64,000 nucleotides of DNA, taken from Promethearchaeia archaeon (GTDB taxonomy: Archaea > Asgardarchaeota > Lokiarchaeia > Sigyniarchaeales > SOKP01). This document shows positions 20,163-30,239 of this stretch, in pieces. The number at the start of each line of letters is the position of its first letter. Position 1 is the first letter of the stretch. Under the pieces are notes generated by a model. The model worked only from the letters and a program-made list of their open reading frames with translations. It did no database searches and had not been told where the DNA came from. The translations under genes were made by a program, and so were the position numbers. The stretch is taken from contig JAHQWK010000001.1 of NCBI GenBank assembly GCA_029856145.1, positions 512,001 to 576,000 of the forward strand. The letters are read 5' to 3'.

Positions 20163-20678
20163 TTATTCAGTTGCTCGGCATTTAATTGTTAAAGGAGTAT
20201 AGCTATTGTTAAAAAGAATATGTTTATACATCAACTCATTTACAGCTTTAATGTAGCAGCCACGTTCACCCACTGCAATATGATAAATGTTTAAATCTTT
20301 TAAAAAACAAATAGAGACTTCATATATACCTTGTTTTTTATTGATTTCAATTTGTATATCATCTATACATAAATCTGGAAATAAATTGAAGATCAGATTT
20401 ATTAGAATATTATCAAATCTAATTATCATAACTTTTTTATTATTGATGTGATTTCTTATTGAATTTAGAAAGGTTTTTGCCTGAAAATATTTTTCTTGTT
20501 TTACAAAGAAAAATATGAAATCTTTATTTTCGATTTTGATGAGAATTATATATGATGGGTCTATTTGTGTCTTATTATAGAAATAACTGTGAAGAATAAG
20601 CTCGTAATTTGAATATTTTAAGGATTTGATTGTCAATTGCTGATAAAGAATTAAATCATCGAGAATTGTATAAAACAT
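20163..20678 (-). CDS. Divergent archaeal NusA-like KH-domain protein
   Basis: KKVMII....LINLIFNLFP, IAVGERGCYIKAVN (second KH GxxG loop). Confidence 0.6.
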   Translation of the reverse strand: MFYTILDDLILYQQLTIKSLKYSNYELILHSYFYNKTQIDPSYIILIKIENKDFIFFFVKQEKYFQAKTFLNSIRNHINNKKVMIIRFDNILINLIFNLFPDLCIDDIQIEINKKQGIYEVSICFLKDLNIYHIAVGERGCYIKAVNELMYKHILFNNSYTPLTIKCRATE

Positions 20679-20902
20679 ATATAAAATATCTCAGAACAGA
20701 TTTATAAAGTCCTATGAAATTGATTTTATCTATAAATAAGTTTCATCAACAGCAAATAAATTAGGTAATCTCGCGGAAGATTTAATAAATGATTTACTTA
20801 GGTTTAAGGTATAAAAATTTAAAAAAATTGAAGATTTTTCTGACCAGATTATTAATCAGAGATCTGCTAGGATAAGTCATTAGTCCTAATTTTATATTTC
20901 TA

Positions 20903-21148
20903 TTATCGGCGTCTCCTAATTTTACGTGCTTCTCGTTCTACTTCCCGCAAAACAACAATATCATTCAATTTAATAGGTCCTTTTACATTTCGGGTTAATA
21001 TTCGATTTCTATCTGGACCTTCAAGAATGCGTACTTTGATCTGAGTAATTTCTCCAGTGAGCCCAGTTCGCCCAATAATTTGAATAACTTGTGCTGGAAT
21101 GGATAAATTTTGGACTGAGGCTCCTTTTGATTTGTCTAATTTGACCAC
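20903..21148 (-). CDS. rps28e: 30S ribosomal protein S28e
   Basis: [17 protein letters not shown]...RNVKGP...EREAR. Confidence 0.97.
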   Translation of the reverse strand: MVKLDKSKGASVQNLSIPAQVIQIIGRTGLTGEITQIKVRILEGPDRNRILTRNVKGPIKLNDIVVLREVEREARKIRRRR

Positions 21149-21171
21149 ATATTTTCACCAAACTTTTTTTT

Positions 21172-21543
21172 TTACTTTTTGATTTCCTCTAATTTCTTGA
21201 TAACATCATTTAAAGCACCATCGTTTCCAGTTCCTCCATTTTCGATTGCAATGGCACTTGAAGAAATGTTAATTCTGACTGTGTTTCCAAGCTCTTTTTT
21301 AGTGGAAAGATATCCATAAGGAATATTTTTTTCTTCGCACAGTAGGGGAATATGGAAAAGGATCTCCGGAGGGCTTACATCTTCTGCCATAACGACTAGT
21401 TTTGCCTGAACTCGTTCAATTGATTTCGTGACTTCATTCATTCCTTTTCGTATCTTTGAATCTCTTGTTTCTGCTATTTGGCCTAAAGTTTTCTTAATTT
21501 GAGTCTTTAATTTGTCAGGAATCTTAAATTTAACATAAGAAAT
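21172..21543 (-). CDS. rpl7ae: 50S ribosomal protein L7Ae (start extended to a probable ATT codon)
   Basis: The frame continues upstream of the ORF-track Met as SYVKFKIPDKL...IRKGMNEVTK, the typical archaeal L7Ae N-terminus; AEDVSPPEI..H.P.LC. Confidence 0.92.
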   Translation of the reverse strand: MSYVKFKIPDKLKTQIKKTLGQIAETRDSKIRKGMNEVTKSIERVQAKLVVMAEDVSPPEILFHIPLLCEEKNIPYGYLSTKKELGNTVRINISSSAIAIENGGTGNDGALNDVIKKLEEIKK

Positions 21544-21549
21544 TTTTAA

Positions 21550-21605
21550 TCATCTCCTTCAAATATATTTAATTTTAGATATATTTTCATAAATCATCGA
21601 GATAG
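21550..21605 (-). promoter_or_regulatory. Predicted K-turn hairpin in the rpl7ae 5' UTR overlapping the SD
   Basis: Minus strand: GA-TT-TAT-GA-AAATATAT-loop-ATATATTT-GA-AG-GA; perfect 8-bp stem closed by tandem G.A pairs with a 3-nt bulge. Confidence 0.65.
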
Positions 21606-21935
21606 TATGAGAACAGTAGTAAAGGATATTAAATAAAATTTTTGATTTAGTTTTGCTTTAATTCATAGAATCTTAAGATAATTTGTTTATTATAATATAT
21701 TTTATTTAGAAAATTTGCTTAGGTTTTTACATATGAATAGTGTAATCTTTCTTTTTCTTGAATTTAAGTTTAAATTTTGGGTCAAAAGTGTATACAAATT
21801 CCAAAAAGATTGAAATTAGGAGAAAAAGTTTATATTTCTAATTTCCAAATATTCCATCAAAACTCAAGATCCGAAATTCATCTTTCATTAAGTTATTAAT
21901 TTTTCAAAAAAAAAACTGTTAGTATAGACATAATT

Positions 21936-24287
21936 ATGAATAGAAAAACTAAATATTTTTTACCGATTCTAATTTTTTGGATTCTCTCACTCAGCACTCT
22001 TAGTCGTTGTAATTTGTATTTTGAATGGATCTTTGGATGGACTTCAGTATTTAATGATTTAGAAGTATATAATAATGTTTTATACTCTTATTATGTGGGA
22101 TGTTTTTCTTGGTCAATTGTAACATATTATCTTGGAACGATTAATATAGAAAGGTTTAGAAGGGGTATTAAGTCAATAATTTTGTTTTATCCATTCTGGT
22201 TAGGTATAAGTATCTTTGTAAGCAGTGTTGGATTATCGTCATTTTATAATGCTTGGATTTTGGTTCATGTTCTAATGCGTTTTTGGGTTGGCACAGGGCT
22301 CATATTAGCGGGTATTATGGTATTAAACTTTATAGCATATCGAATCTATAAACCTATTCTTAAGGATAAATTATTCAGAGCACCAATGGAACTAGATAAG
22401 ATACCCTCAGAACCTAAATCATATTTTATTAAATTTGTTGAAATCTTAGAAAAATGTCAACTTAAAATTTTCATTTTCATATCCTTAGTTTTAGGGGTAT
22501 TTTTTATTATATCAACTACAATAGGATCCTCAGGAGTTACATATCTTAGTTCTGTATTTCTATTTTTTACACTCATTATCATCAATTTTCTTTACGATAT
22601 CAATTACCTGTTTTCAAAAAAGAAAGAATATTCATACCACATTAAAATTAAAAGGAAGTTCCCTTATACAAATGAATTTGATAATCTTTTAAACAAATTT
22701 AAGAAATTGATAGATGAGGGAAATATATTTTATTCAAATGAGTCATATGAATCAGCTATAGAAAACTGGAAAGAAGCAGTCAATATCTATTTAAGTTTCT
22801 CCAAAATGGTTATCCAAAAGAAAATGATAAAAGTAAATCTTAAAATTTTGAAGGAAAATTTAAATGATGCATATAATGGCGCTATTATCGTCCATCTTAA
22901 AAATGCTCAAGAAGCATTTACAAATTTAGATTTTAAGACTGCAAAAGATGAATGGAGCTTATCTATTGATGATCTTTATTCTTTACTTAAATTAAGGAAG
23001 TTTGGAAAATCAAAAGTATCTCGCAAAGAAATTATATTAAAAATAGAAGATATAACCTCAAACCTTAAACGTTTGGAAATTGAAGTTATGATTGTTAAGG
23101 CTGATGACGAATTAAAATCTGCTCATGTATTGCAGGATCAAGAATTAGTTAAATCAATTAAATTAACCAATAATAGCATTCTATTGTATTCAAACGCAAA
23201 AAAGAAAGCTAAGAACTCCAACCAATATAAGGATTATAATGAAAAAATACAAAATCGACTTCTAAATGTTCGAGTATTTCAAGAAAAACTTCAGGAGAAA
23301 TTAGATAAATCAATGGGTATCACACCATTGGAAAAACGGGTGAAATTTGATGTGGATGAACTTAGCGAGTTTGAAATTGCGTCAGTAATAAAGGATGAAA
23401 TCATAAAACAAATACTTTCGATTGTTAGAGAATATGAATTTATAGGAGGTCAAGTAAGATTTAAAATAGGTTTAGTAAATAATACAAATTATCCTTTAAC
23501 TAATTTCAGGATTACTTTTGATTTACCTAAATCGTTAAAATGGATAATGCATGAACCTAATTACGAACGAAAAGGAGACAGTATACTCATTCCAAAATTA
23601 GGAGCAAAAGAAAAAAAGGCAGTGTCTCTTTATTTTGAACCTCTCAATTGTATGGAAAGCCATATAAATGCCACTGTAAGTTTTTTTGATGTAAAAGATA
23701 AGCCACATGCAATACCTATGAAACCTAAAATGATTGCCATTTCTTGTCCAATTTTCTTCACTGAAAGTGATGCAAATTTGGCAAGGGTTAAGAGTCTAAG
23801 GCGCAATCTTACACATCGAGATAAAAAAGTATTTCCAATTATTGATCCTGAAAAAGCACACTCTATTTTTTCTTCCATTCTATCTGTTTTAGAACAATTT
23901 GATATAAAATTAATCTCTAATGAATTTTTTGAAGATGACAATTTTGGAGAAGCTTGGTTTTTTGGTATAACAAAAGTTAAGAAAGAAAGACTTGTTATGA
24001 ACGTTCTATTAGATGGAGATAGAAAAACTTTAGAATTTGAAGTATCCGGAAATAATGAAGAACAAATAACAGCATTCTTAGCCGAAATTGGTGATCGTGT
24101 AAGACAAAAATTAATTGAAAATAATATTATCACTTCTGAAGAGGGATTCTATGATATGAGAATCGCTATTTTATCATGTTTGTGTCCATATTGTTATACT
24201 CTATTGTCATCTGAGTCAGTTGAGAAATTTTGTAATGGGGAAATTATTAGTTGTGAAAATTGTTGTGTTAACATCAAAATTGATTAA
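21936..24287 (+). CDS. Polytopic membrane protein: ~6 TM + TPR-like helices + adaptin-appendage-like domains + Zn ribbon (paralog 1)
   Basis: Hydrophobic N-terminus; A..NW.EA helical repeats; REYEFIGGQVRFKIG beta sandwich; platform-like domain; CPYC..CENC. Confidence 0.75.
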   Translation: MNRKTKYFLPILIFWILSLSTLSRCNLYFEWIFGWTSVFNDLEVYNNVLYSYYVGCFSWSIVTYYLGTINIERFRRGIKSIILFYPFWLGISIFVSSVGLSSFYNAWILVHVLMRFWVGTGLILAGIMVLNFIAYRIYKPILKDKLFRAPMELDKIPSEPKSYFIKFVEILEKCQLKIFIFISLVLGVFFIISTTIGSSGVTYLSSVFLFFTLIIINFLYDINYLFSKKKEYSYHIKIKRKFPYTNEFDNLLNKFKKLIDEGNIFYSNESYESAIENWKEAVNIYLSFSKMVIQKKMIKVNLKILKENLNDAYNGAIIVHLKNAQEAFTNLDFKTAKDEWSLSIDDLYSLLKLRKFGKSKVSRKEIILKIEDITSNLKRLEIEVMIVKADDELKSAHVLQDQELVKSIKLTNNSILLYSNAKKKAKNSNQYKDYNEKIQNRLLNVRVFQEKLQEKLDKSMGITPLEKRVKFDVDELSEFEIASVIKDEIIKQILSIVREYEFIGGQVRFKIGLVNNTNYPLTNFRITFDLPKSLKWIMHEPNYERKGDSILIPKLGAKEKKAVSLYFEPLNCMESHINATVSFFDVKDKPHAIPMKPKMIAISCPIFFTESDANLARVKSLRRNLTHRDKKVFPIIDPEKAHSIFSSILSVLEQFDIKLISNEFFEDDNFGEAWFFGITKVKKERLVMNVLLDGDRKTLEFEVSGNNEEQITAFLAEIGDRVRQKLIENNIITSEEGFYDMRIAILSCLCPYCYTLLSSESVEKFCNGEIISCENCCVNIKID

Positions 24288-24337
24288 TATTAAGAATATT
24301 CAATTAAAATTAAATATAGATAAATTCGAGGGATTAA

Positions 24338-26638
24338 ATGCGAAATTGGGTAAAATATTTTTTTTATCTAGTACCTTTTATATTTTTTTTAAGTGGTGGT
24401 ATTTATTGGGGTACCCAAATAATAGTTTATCTAAACGAAGTGAATATCAATTTAACGTATTTTTTATTTAATTGGATAAATTTTACTGATGAATATCTGT
24501 TAAATATCAATAGTTTCTTTCTCTTATCTATTGGATGTTGTTTTTGGATAATAATAATTTTCTATATTCTAAAAAACAAGACTACACAATTTAGAGGCAT
24601 CATTAAATCTATCATTTTATTTAATCTTTTTTGGTTTAATTTAATAATATTTGCCTGGATTGCTGGTATAACTTCATACTGGGATTTTTGGTTCATAGTC
24701 CATATTTTCATTCTATTTTGGATTAGTATAGGTATACTATTTTCTATTTTAGTTATCTTATTTTCTTTATCATCGGTGATAAAATCCAAATTTTATACTA
24801 GATTTCATAGATTACCCAATGTAAAATTTGTATATTTATTGGATAAGTATGAGTCTGGTCTTTTGATATTTATACAGTTTGCATTAGGACTTTATTTAAG
24901 TATAGCTGATATAACTTACCCAACCAGAATCCATGAATATAACGCTGTTTTAACCCCCCTAATTATTATAATCTCCACAATTATTGCTGTTGATTTGCTT
25001 TTCTTATTTAATTTCATTTTATCAACAAAGAAAGATAAGTATATTCTTACTACAAAAGAAAAAGAACAATTTTATCAAAATCGATTGAGCTATATTTTAA
25101 ATCACGCGAAAAGAGTAATTGCTAAGAAAAGTCTAAGATATTCAGAGAAATCGCTTGATGGAATTATAAAATTTTTGGAGGAAGGACTACATTATTTTAA
25201 AAGTGCAAAAAGTGAGCAAGATAATATCTTATTGAGGGATCTTAAATTATCATTAATATATGCTTATGAAAGGAGGGGAAAAATGCATGAATCAAATGCA
25301 TTAAGAGTTTATAAAAAACTTATGCTGTTTCAAGCTCAAAGTGAATGGAACTTCGCTATAAATGATTTTGAAGCATGCTTAAAATTAAATAAATTAGAAA
25401 ATCTCAACAATTCTATGGAATATTTGGAGCAGAGAATTTCGAACATGAAAGATCTATTAAAGAAACATGAAATTGAAATCAAGATTATAGAAATTGATAA
25501 GGGCTTAAAACAAGTTAAGAGTATACAAAAAAAAGATTTATCAAAAGCTATTGAATTAATAAATAATATTATTGCATCATATTCAGAAGTTAAAGAGAAA
25601 ACAGAAGAGTCTTATGAATTTAAGGATATCATAGATAATTTAGAGTCAAAGATTCAAAATGCTCAATTTTTACGATCCCACATTCAGGAAAAAAGAGATG
25701 ATTATATAGGTTTAAAGAAAATTCCAACTATTCTCAAAGAAGGAGATCAAGATAGTATCTTATCAATTATTCGAGAGTATGAATTTATTGGCGGTCAAAT
25801 TAGGTTTAAAATAGGAGTAGTAAATAATACCAGTTTCACATTTACTAATTTAAGACTTGCTTTTGATCTCCCTATAGCATTAAAGTGGATTGTCCATGAA
25901 CCAAATTATGAACGTAAGGGAGATAGCCTTCTTATTTCCAAATTAGGCGCTCATGAAAAACAAGCAGTATCACTATATCTCGAACCTGTTAATTGTATGG
26001 AGAGTTCAGTGAATGTCACTGTAAGCTTCTTTGATGCAAAAGAGAAACCACACGCAATACCTATGAAACCTAAAATGATTGCTATATCTTGTCCAATATT
26101 CTTCACTGAAGATGAAGCAAATTTAGCAAGAGTTAAGAGTCTCATTCATTCACTTGCTAATCGTGATAAAAAAGTCTTCCCTATTGCAGATCCCAAAAAA
26201 GGAAATTTAATTTTTTCATCAATTTTATCTGTTCTTGGTAAATTTGACATAAAACTGGTTAATAAAGAATTTGATGAAGAAATTAATTTCGGTGAAGCTT
26301 GGTTTTATGGGATAACTAAAGTGAAAAAACATAGAATCATTCCTTATGTAATGTTAGATAATGAAAATAAAGTGTTAGAATTGGAAGTTTCTGGTGATGA
26401 TGCTGAACAAATAACCGCTTTTCTTGCTGAAGTGAGCGATCGTGTGAGAAAACAATTAATCCGCGATAAAGTAATAAAGCCCGAAGAAAAATTTTATGAT
26501 ATGAGAATTACCGTAATATCAAATTTTTGTCCTTACTGTTATACATTAATCTCAAGTGATTTAGTTCAGAGATTTCTGAAAGGCGAATCGATTCAATGTA
26601 AAAATTGCTATGCGTCCATAAATTTAGATGAACGTTAA
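24338..26638 (+). CDS. Polytopic membrane protein with the same architecture (paralog 2)
   Basis: C-terminal ~290 aa highly similar to paralog 1; CPYC..CKNC. Confidence 0.75.
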   Translation: MRNWVKYFFYLVPFIFFLSGGIYWGTQIIVYLNEVNINLTYFLFNWINFTDEYLLNINSFFLLSIGCCFWIIIIFYILKNKTTQFRGIIKSIILFNLFWFNLIIFAWIAGITSYWDFWFIVHIFILFWISIGILFSILVILFSLSSVIKSKFYTRFHRLPNVKFVYLLDKYESGLLIFIQFALGLYLSIADITYPTRIHEYNAVLTPLIIIISTIIAVDLLFLFNFILSTKKDKYILTTKEKEQFYQNRLSYILNHAKRVIAKKSLRYSEKSLDGIIKFLEEGLHYFKSAKSEQDNILLRDLKLSLIYAYERRGKMHESNALRVYKKLMLFQAQSEWNFAINDFEACLKLNKLENLNNSMEYLEQRISNMKDLLKKHEIEIKIIEIDKGLKQVKSIQKKDLSKAIELINNIIASYSEVKEKTEESYEFKDIIDNLESKIQNAQFLRSHIQEKRDDYIGLKKIPTILKEGDQDSILSIIREYEFIGGQIRFKIGVVNNTSFTFTNLRLAFDLPIALKWIVHEPNYERKGDSLLISKLGAHEKQAVSLYLEPVNCMESSVNVTVSFFDAKEKPHAIPMKPKMIAISCPIFFTEDEANLARVKSLIHSLANRDKKVFPIADPKKGNLIFSSILSVLGKFDIKLVNKEFDEEINFGEAWFYGITKVKKHRIIPYVMLDNENKVLELEVSGDDAEQITAFLAEVSDRVRKQLIRDKVIKPEEKFYDMRITVISNFCPYCYTLISSDLVQRFLKGESIQCKNCYASINLDER

Positions 26639-26699
26639 AGGATAATTAGATTTTTGTAAAAAACAAAAAATTTTTTTACAATGCTTCTTTTAATAGATT

Positions 26700-26900
26700 A
26701 TGATTATACCCATTCGCTGTTTTTCATGTGGTAAGCTCATCGCTCATGTTTATAAACCATATTTGGAACTCTTAGAAAAAGGTGAATCTTCCGAAAAAGC
26801 CTTTAAAGAGTTAGGAATTGAACGTTTCTGCTGTAAACGTATGATTGTAAGTCATGTGGACTTGATTGATGAATTACTTAAATTTCCACGCTTACAATAG
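26700..26900 (+). CDS. rpoN: DNA-directed RNA polymerase subunit N (Rpo10)
   Basis: MIIPIRCFSCGK...RFCCKRM..SHVDL. Confidence 0.97.
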   Translation: MIIPIRCFSCGKLIAHVYKPYLELLEKGESSEKAFKELGIERFCCKRMIVSHVDLIDELLKFPRLQ

Positions 26901-27051
26901 ACAAAATATCTTTTTAATTATTAGAAAAAAGTAACTAGAACTAAAATCTCGCCTTCAATAATATATTGACATTTGTTAAAATTTAAAGATATCTTTAAAT
27001 TTACATTTATACCTTTATTATCAAAAGAAAATTTATCATTTTTTTTTACAT

Positions 27052-28545
27052 ATGAGAAATCCAAGAATTTTGAATTTTTATATTCTTTTTCTAATATTTA
27101 ATCTAAATTTAATAATACAAACAATACCATCATCTTCTTATGAGTCTGAATTAAAACCAACTTCAAATAATTCTGACTCCTGGGGTAGAATAATTAATCC
27201 AAATCAAAAAATATATTATCCCACTATGAGATTTATAAATGATAATATATATATTGCTGGACATATGAATTACAACTCCTATTATGCAATATACACAACA
27301 AAGTATAATAGTTCAGGAGTAAAACTATGGGAAAAAATTTGGGATTCATCAGTATTTGACAATTTGAAGGGATTTGAGATTGATTCGGCAGAAAATGTCT
27401 ATATATTAGGTACCACATCAAGTCTGGGTTCTGGTCAGCAACCCGAGAGTATTTTTCTATTGAAGTACTCTAATTCAGGAGAGTTTCTATGGTATAAGAT
27501 TTTAAATTCATCCTATTCCTGTGATGCTTACTCAATCAAATTAGATTTAAATGATTCAATCTATATCTCTGGTGGGGGATGGAGTCCTGACATCGAATAT
27601 AATTTTCTAGTGAAGTTGAATAGTTCAGGGAATATTATGTGGTATCGTAATTTAACTTTTAGCCTTCAAAAAATACAAATAGACACTAAGAATAACATTT
27701 ATGGATGTGAAGCCAACTTTATTAATAAATATAATAGCTCTGGATCTAAATTATGGTCTAAAGAATTGGGAGAGTTTTATTATGCATCTTCATTGGAATT
27801 AGATTCAAATGAAAATATCATACTAACGGGATATTATGGTGTAACTCATTGGATTTTAAAATACAATAATTCAGGTATTTTTATGAATAAATTAGAATTT
27901 ACAATTTTAGATTATGATTGGTGGGTTGGTTGGTGTCAAACATGGCTCATTGGAGATAATTTTTATATTTTTATAGATTATCCCTATTCTCCAAATTCTT
28001 GTTTATTAAAATATAATTCTACTCTCCATATTAAGTGGAATGTATCTTTAAATGACCATTTCGTTACTCCTTATTGGAATTCAATAATTTTGGCTATTGG
28101 GATTGATTCTCATGAAAATATCATAATTCTTTATAATAATCCGAGGGGTAATTATACAAGTGAAATTAGCAAGGAAAAATACCATGCTGAAGATATTTCG
28201 GTTTTAAAACTTAATAGTTCAGGTGAAATATTATCTCATTACTACTGGGGTGGATCTTATCATGATGAGCCGATTCAAATGTTAATAGATCCTCTAAATA
28301 ATATGTATTTATTATGTACTTCTACGTATGTGGATATTTGGAATATACATAGAGATCGAATTGTCTTAGTAAAAAATCCTGAAATTAATGGAACGCCTCC
28401 TCAATTAAAATTATTTGGTAAATACGATTATTATATATTTTCATTAATGGGAGTCATGAGTGTTATATCCATTATTCTTTTAATCTCAATTATTAAACCA
28501 AAATTAAATAGAATTTTTGAGAAGAAAAAATCATTTCTACGCTAA
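27052..28545 (+). CDS. Surface beta-propeller (SBBP-like repeat) glycoprotein with C-terminal TM anchor
   Basis: Repeated ID..EN.YI.G...L.KYNSSG...W blades; signal peptide; C-terminal TM plus basic tail. Confidence 0.8.
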   Translation: MRNPRILNFYILFLIFNLNLIIQTIPSSSYESELKPTSNNSDSWGRIINPNQKIYYPTMRFINDNIYIAGHMNYNSYYAIYTTKYNSSGVKLWEKIWDSSVFDNLKGFEIDSAENVYILGTTSSLGSGQQPESIFLLKYSNSGEFLWYKILNSSYSCDAYSIKLDLNDSIYISGGGWSPDIEYNFLVKLNSSGNIMWYRNLTFSLQKIQIDTKNNIYGCEANFINKYNSSGSKLWSKELGEFYYASSLELDSNENIILTGYYGVTHWILKYNNSGIFMNKLEFTILDYDWWVGWCQTWLIGDNFYIFIDYPYSPNSCLLKYNSTLHIKWNVSLNDHFVTPYWNSIILAIGIDSHENIIILYNNPRGNYTSEISKEKYHAEDISVLKLNSSGEILSHYYWGGSYHDEPIQMLIDPLNNMYLLCTSTYVDIWNIHRDRIVLVKNPEINGTPPQLKLFGKYDYYIFSLMGVMSVISIILLISIIKPKLNRIFEKKKSFLR

Positions 28546-29064
28546 GAGAGTAAATGGAGGTACAAAGGCTAATAATCCTACTAAAAATGATAAAAAATTA
28601 GCTTCAATTGAACCAATTAAAATCTTTTTTGATACAAATCTCTGTGGATTTGAAAAAATCTCAAGAGATTTGATTAGATTTTCAAATTTAATTTTTAATA
28701 ATCCCCATTCAATATTTATAACGAGAAGTTCAATTATGATAATATATATCCAAAAGTATAATTCTGCATATACATAAATAATATAAGCAAGAATTTGTGT
28801 AATTGGAAAAGTTATAAAATTAACTTTATAACAAGATTTCAATAAAATTCGCCGTTCGAACTTCTCAATTTTAAAATTTAATATAAAAACTCCATATTCA
28901 ATAGTAGTGCCTAAAAAGAAGATAAAAAATATGAATATTGACCTCAATATTGGATTTTCTACTGGGTACCAAAAAACTATTCCATCAGCGTGTACTTCAT
29001 TGATAAAAAAACATGAAAGTAAAATGAAAATATAAAAAATATAAATGTAAAATCGCCGCTTCAT
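28537..29064 (-). CDS. Hypothetical membrane protein
   Basis: Signal peptide-like start (VHAD) and 4 TM with N..T / AN..S motifs. Confidence 0.65.
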   Translation of the reverse strand: MKRRFYIYIFYIFILLSCFFINEVHADGIVFWYPVENPILRSIFIFFIFFLGTTIEYGVFILNFKIEKFERRILLKSCYKVNFITFPITQILAYIIYVYAELYFWIYIIIIELLVINIEWGLLKIKFENLIKSLEIFSNPQRFVSKKILIGSIEANFLSFLVGLLAFVPPFTLLA

Positions 29065-29243
29065 AAATCCTAGTTAGATAAGTGATTTTATAAGGTTTTG
29101 TACTAGTTTTTTTATTAAATTTAATTTCAAATCAAGAAATTGTAATTATAGCTTGAAAAGTAGATATTAAATAATTAAGTCTTCGCTTACAATAAATTAG
29201 ATAACTTGTTAAACGTTAGAAAGAGAAAATTCGAATAAAAAAA

Positions 29244-29426
29244 TTATTGTTTCCCGTAGTGTGCGGTCCATCTTGTTCTTCTTGCTTTTTTCTTATGTAC
29301 CACCATCGTTTTTCTACACTTATTACTACAAAAAGTTAATATTCTTCCATCATTTCTAATCATCATCACTCCCCTTCCAATAGGGATATCATAACCGCAA
29401 AAACTACACTTTTTTACCTTAACCAT
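29244..29426 (-). CDS. rpl24e: 50S ribosomal protein L24e
   Basis: CSFCG.DI.IG.G.M...DG....FCS.KC....R..WT. Confidence 0.96.
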   Translation of the reverse strand: MVKVKKCSFCGYDIPIGRGVMMIRNDGRILTFCSNKCRKTMVVHKKKARRTRWTAHYGKQ

Positions 29427-29454
29427 AAAAGATCATCATAGAATTTGTTTAATT

Positions 29455-29853
29455 TCATTCCTTCTTAAATAGTTTAGCTTCTCCGTATTTTACAACCTTC
29501 AAATTAATCAATGTCATATCATGTGTTACTTCATTACCGCGAACCGTTCTCCTCCTCTTTTCACCCTTCCGTTTAGGTTTATAACCAATGCCTCTTTTTG
29601 AAACCAGAATCTTTTTTTTAACTGGCCCATGGACACCTTTTCTCATCGGAAATCCGCTTGAATCGCTGCCCCCGGTAATTTGAAATTCATAATTTGGAAA
29701 TCCTATAACTCCCCCCTTGATGATGTCTCCGATTTTCATCCCTTCAAATCGAAATTTCTTCTCATCAATCTCAATTACCTTAGATAATCCTTTTCCGGGA
29801 CCTTCGTTTCCACCACTAATGTTCAATTTATAGACTATTTTTTCAGAACTCAC
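29455..29853 (-). CDS. rps6e: 30S ribosomal protein S6e
   Basis: ITGGSDSSGFPM, G.KRRRTVRGN. Confidence 0.96.
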   Translation of the reverse strand: MSSEKIVYKLNISGGNEGPGKGLSKVIEIDEKKFRFEGMKIGDIIKGGVIGFPNYEFQITGGSDSSGFPMRKGVHGPVKKKILVSKRGIGYKPKRKGEKRRRTVRGNEVTHDMTLINLKVVKYGEAKLFKKE

Positions 29854-30239
29854 GATACATCAATATCGAACTTAAAAAAGCAAGATTAACTTCTAAAATG
29901 TATATTTTCATAAAAATTTTATGGAATGTCCTATGGAAAGAATAAGTAAAAAAGTGGCTCTCAAATTAGAATTTATTTTACGATGCAAAAATCAAATTTA
30001 TATTCTTAATTAGTTCCATTGTTTTAAGTCAGGAGATTACCATTAGTATAGTTATATTAATCAGATTATTAATTTGATAATAAAATCAATCAAAATTGAA
30101 AGCCATGAAGTTAATCATATAATCTTAAAGGAAAAGTGATATTCAAAAACTTGGTCAATATTGGACAAAAATTTATATACAACTAATAAGAGAATATCTA
30201 ATGATTCAAGAGAAAACCAAATAAATAACAATTCTCAAT

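Noticed and set aside
20835-20900. Possible SECIS or C/D-box-like element downstream of rps28e (ATGA...CTGA, short hairpins)
   Set aside because: No convincing stem geometry, and I noticed no in-frame TGA selenoprotein candidate nearby
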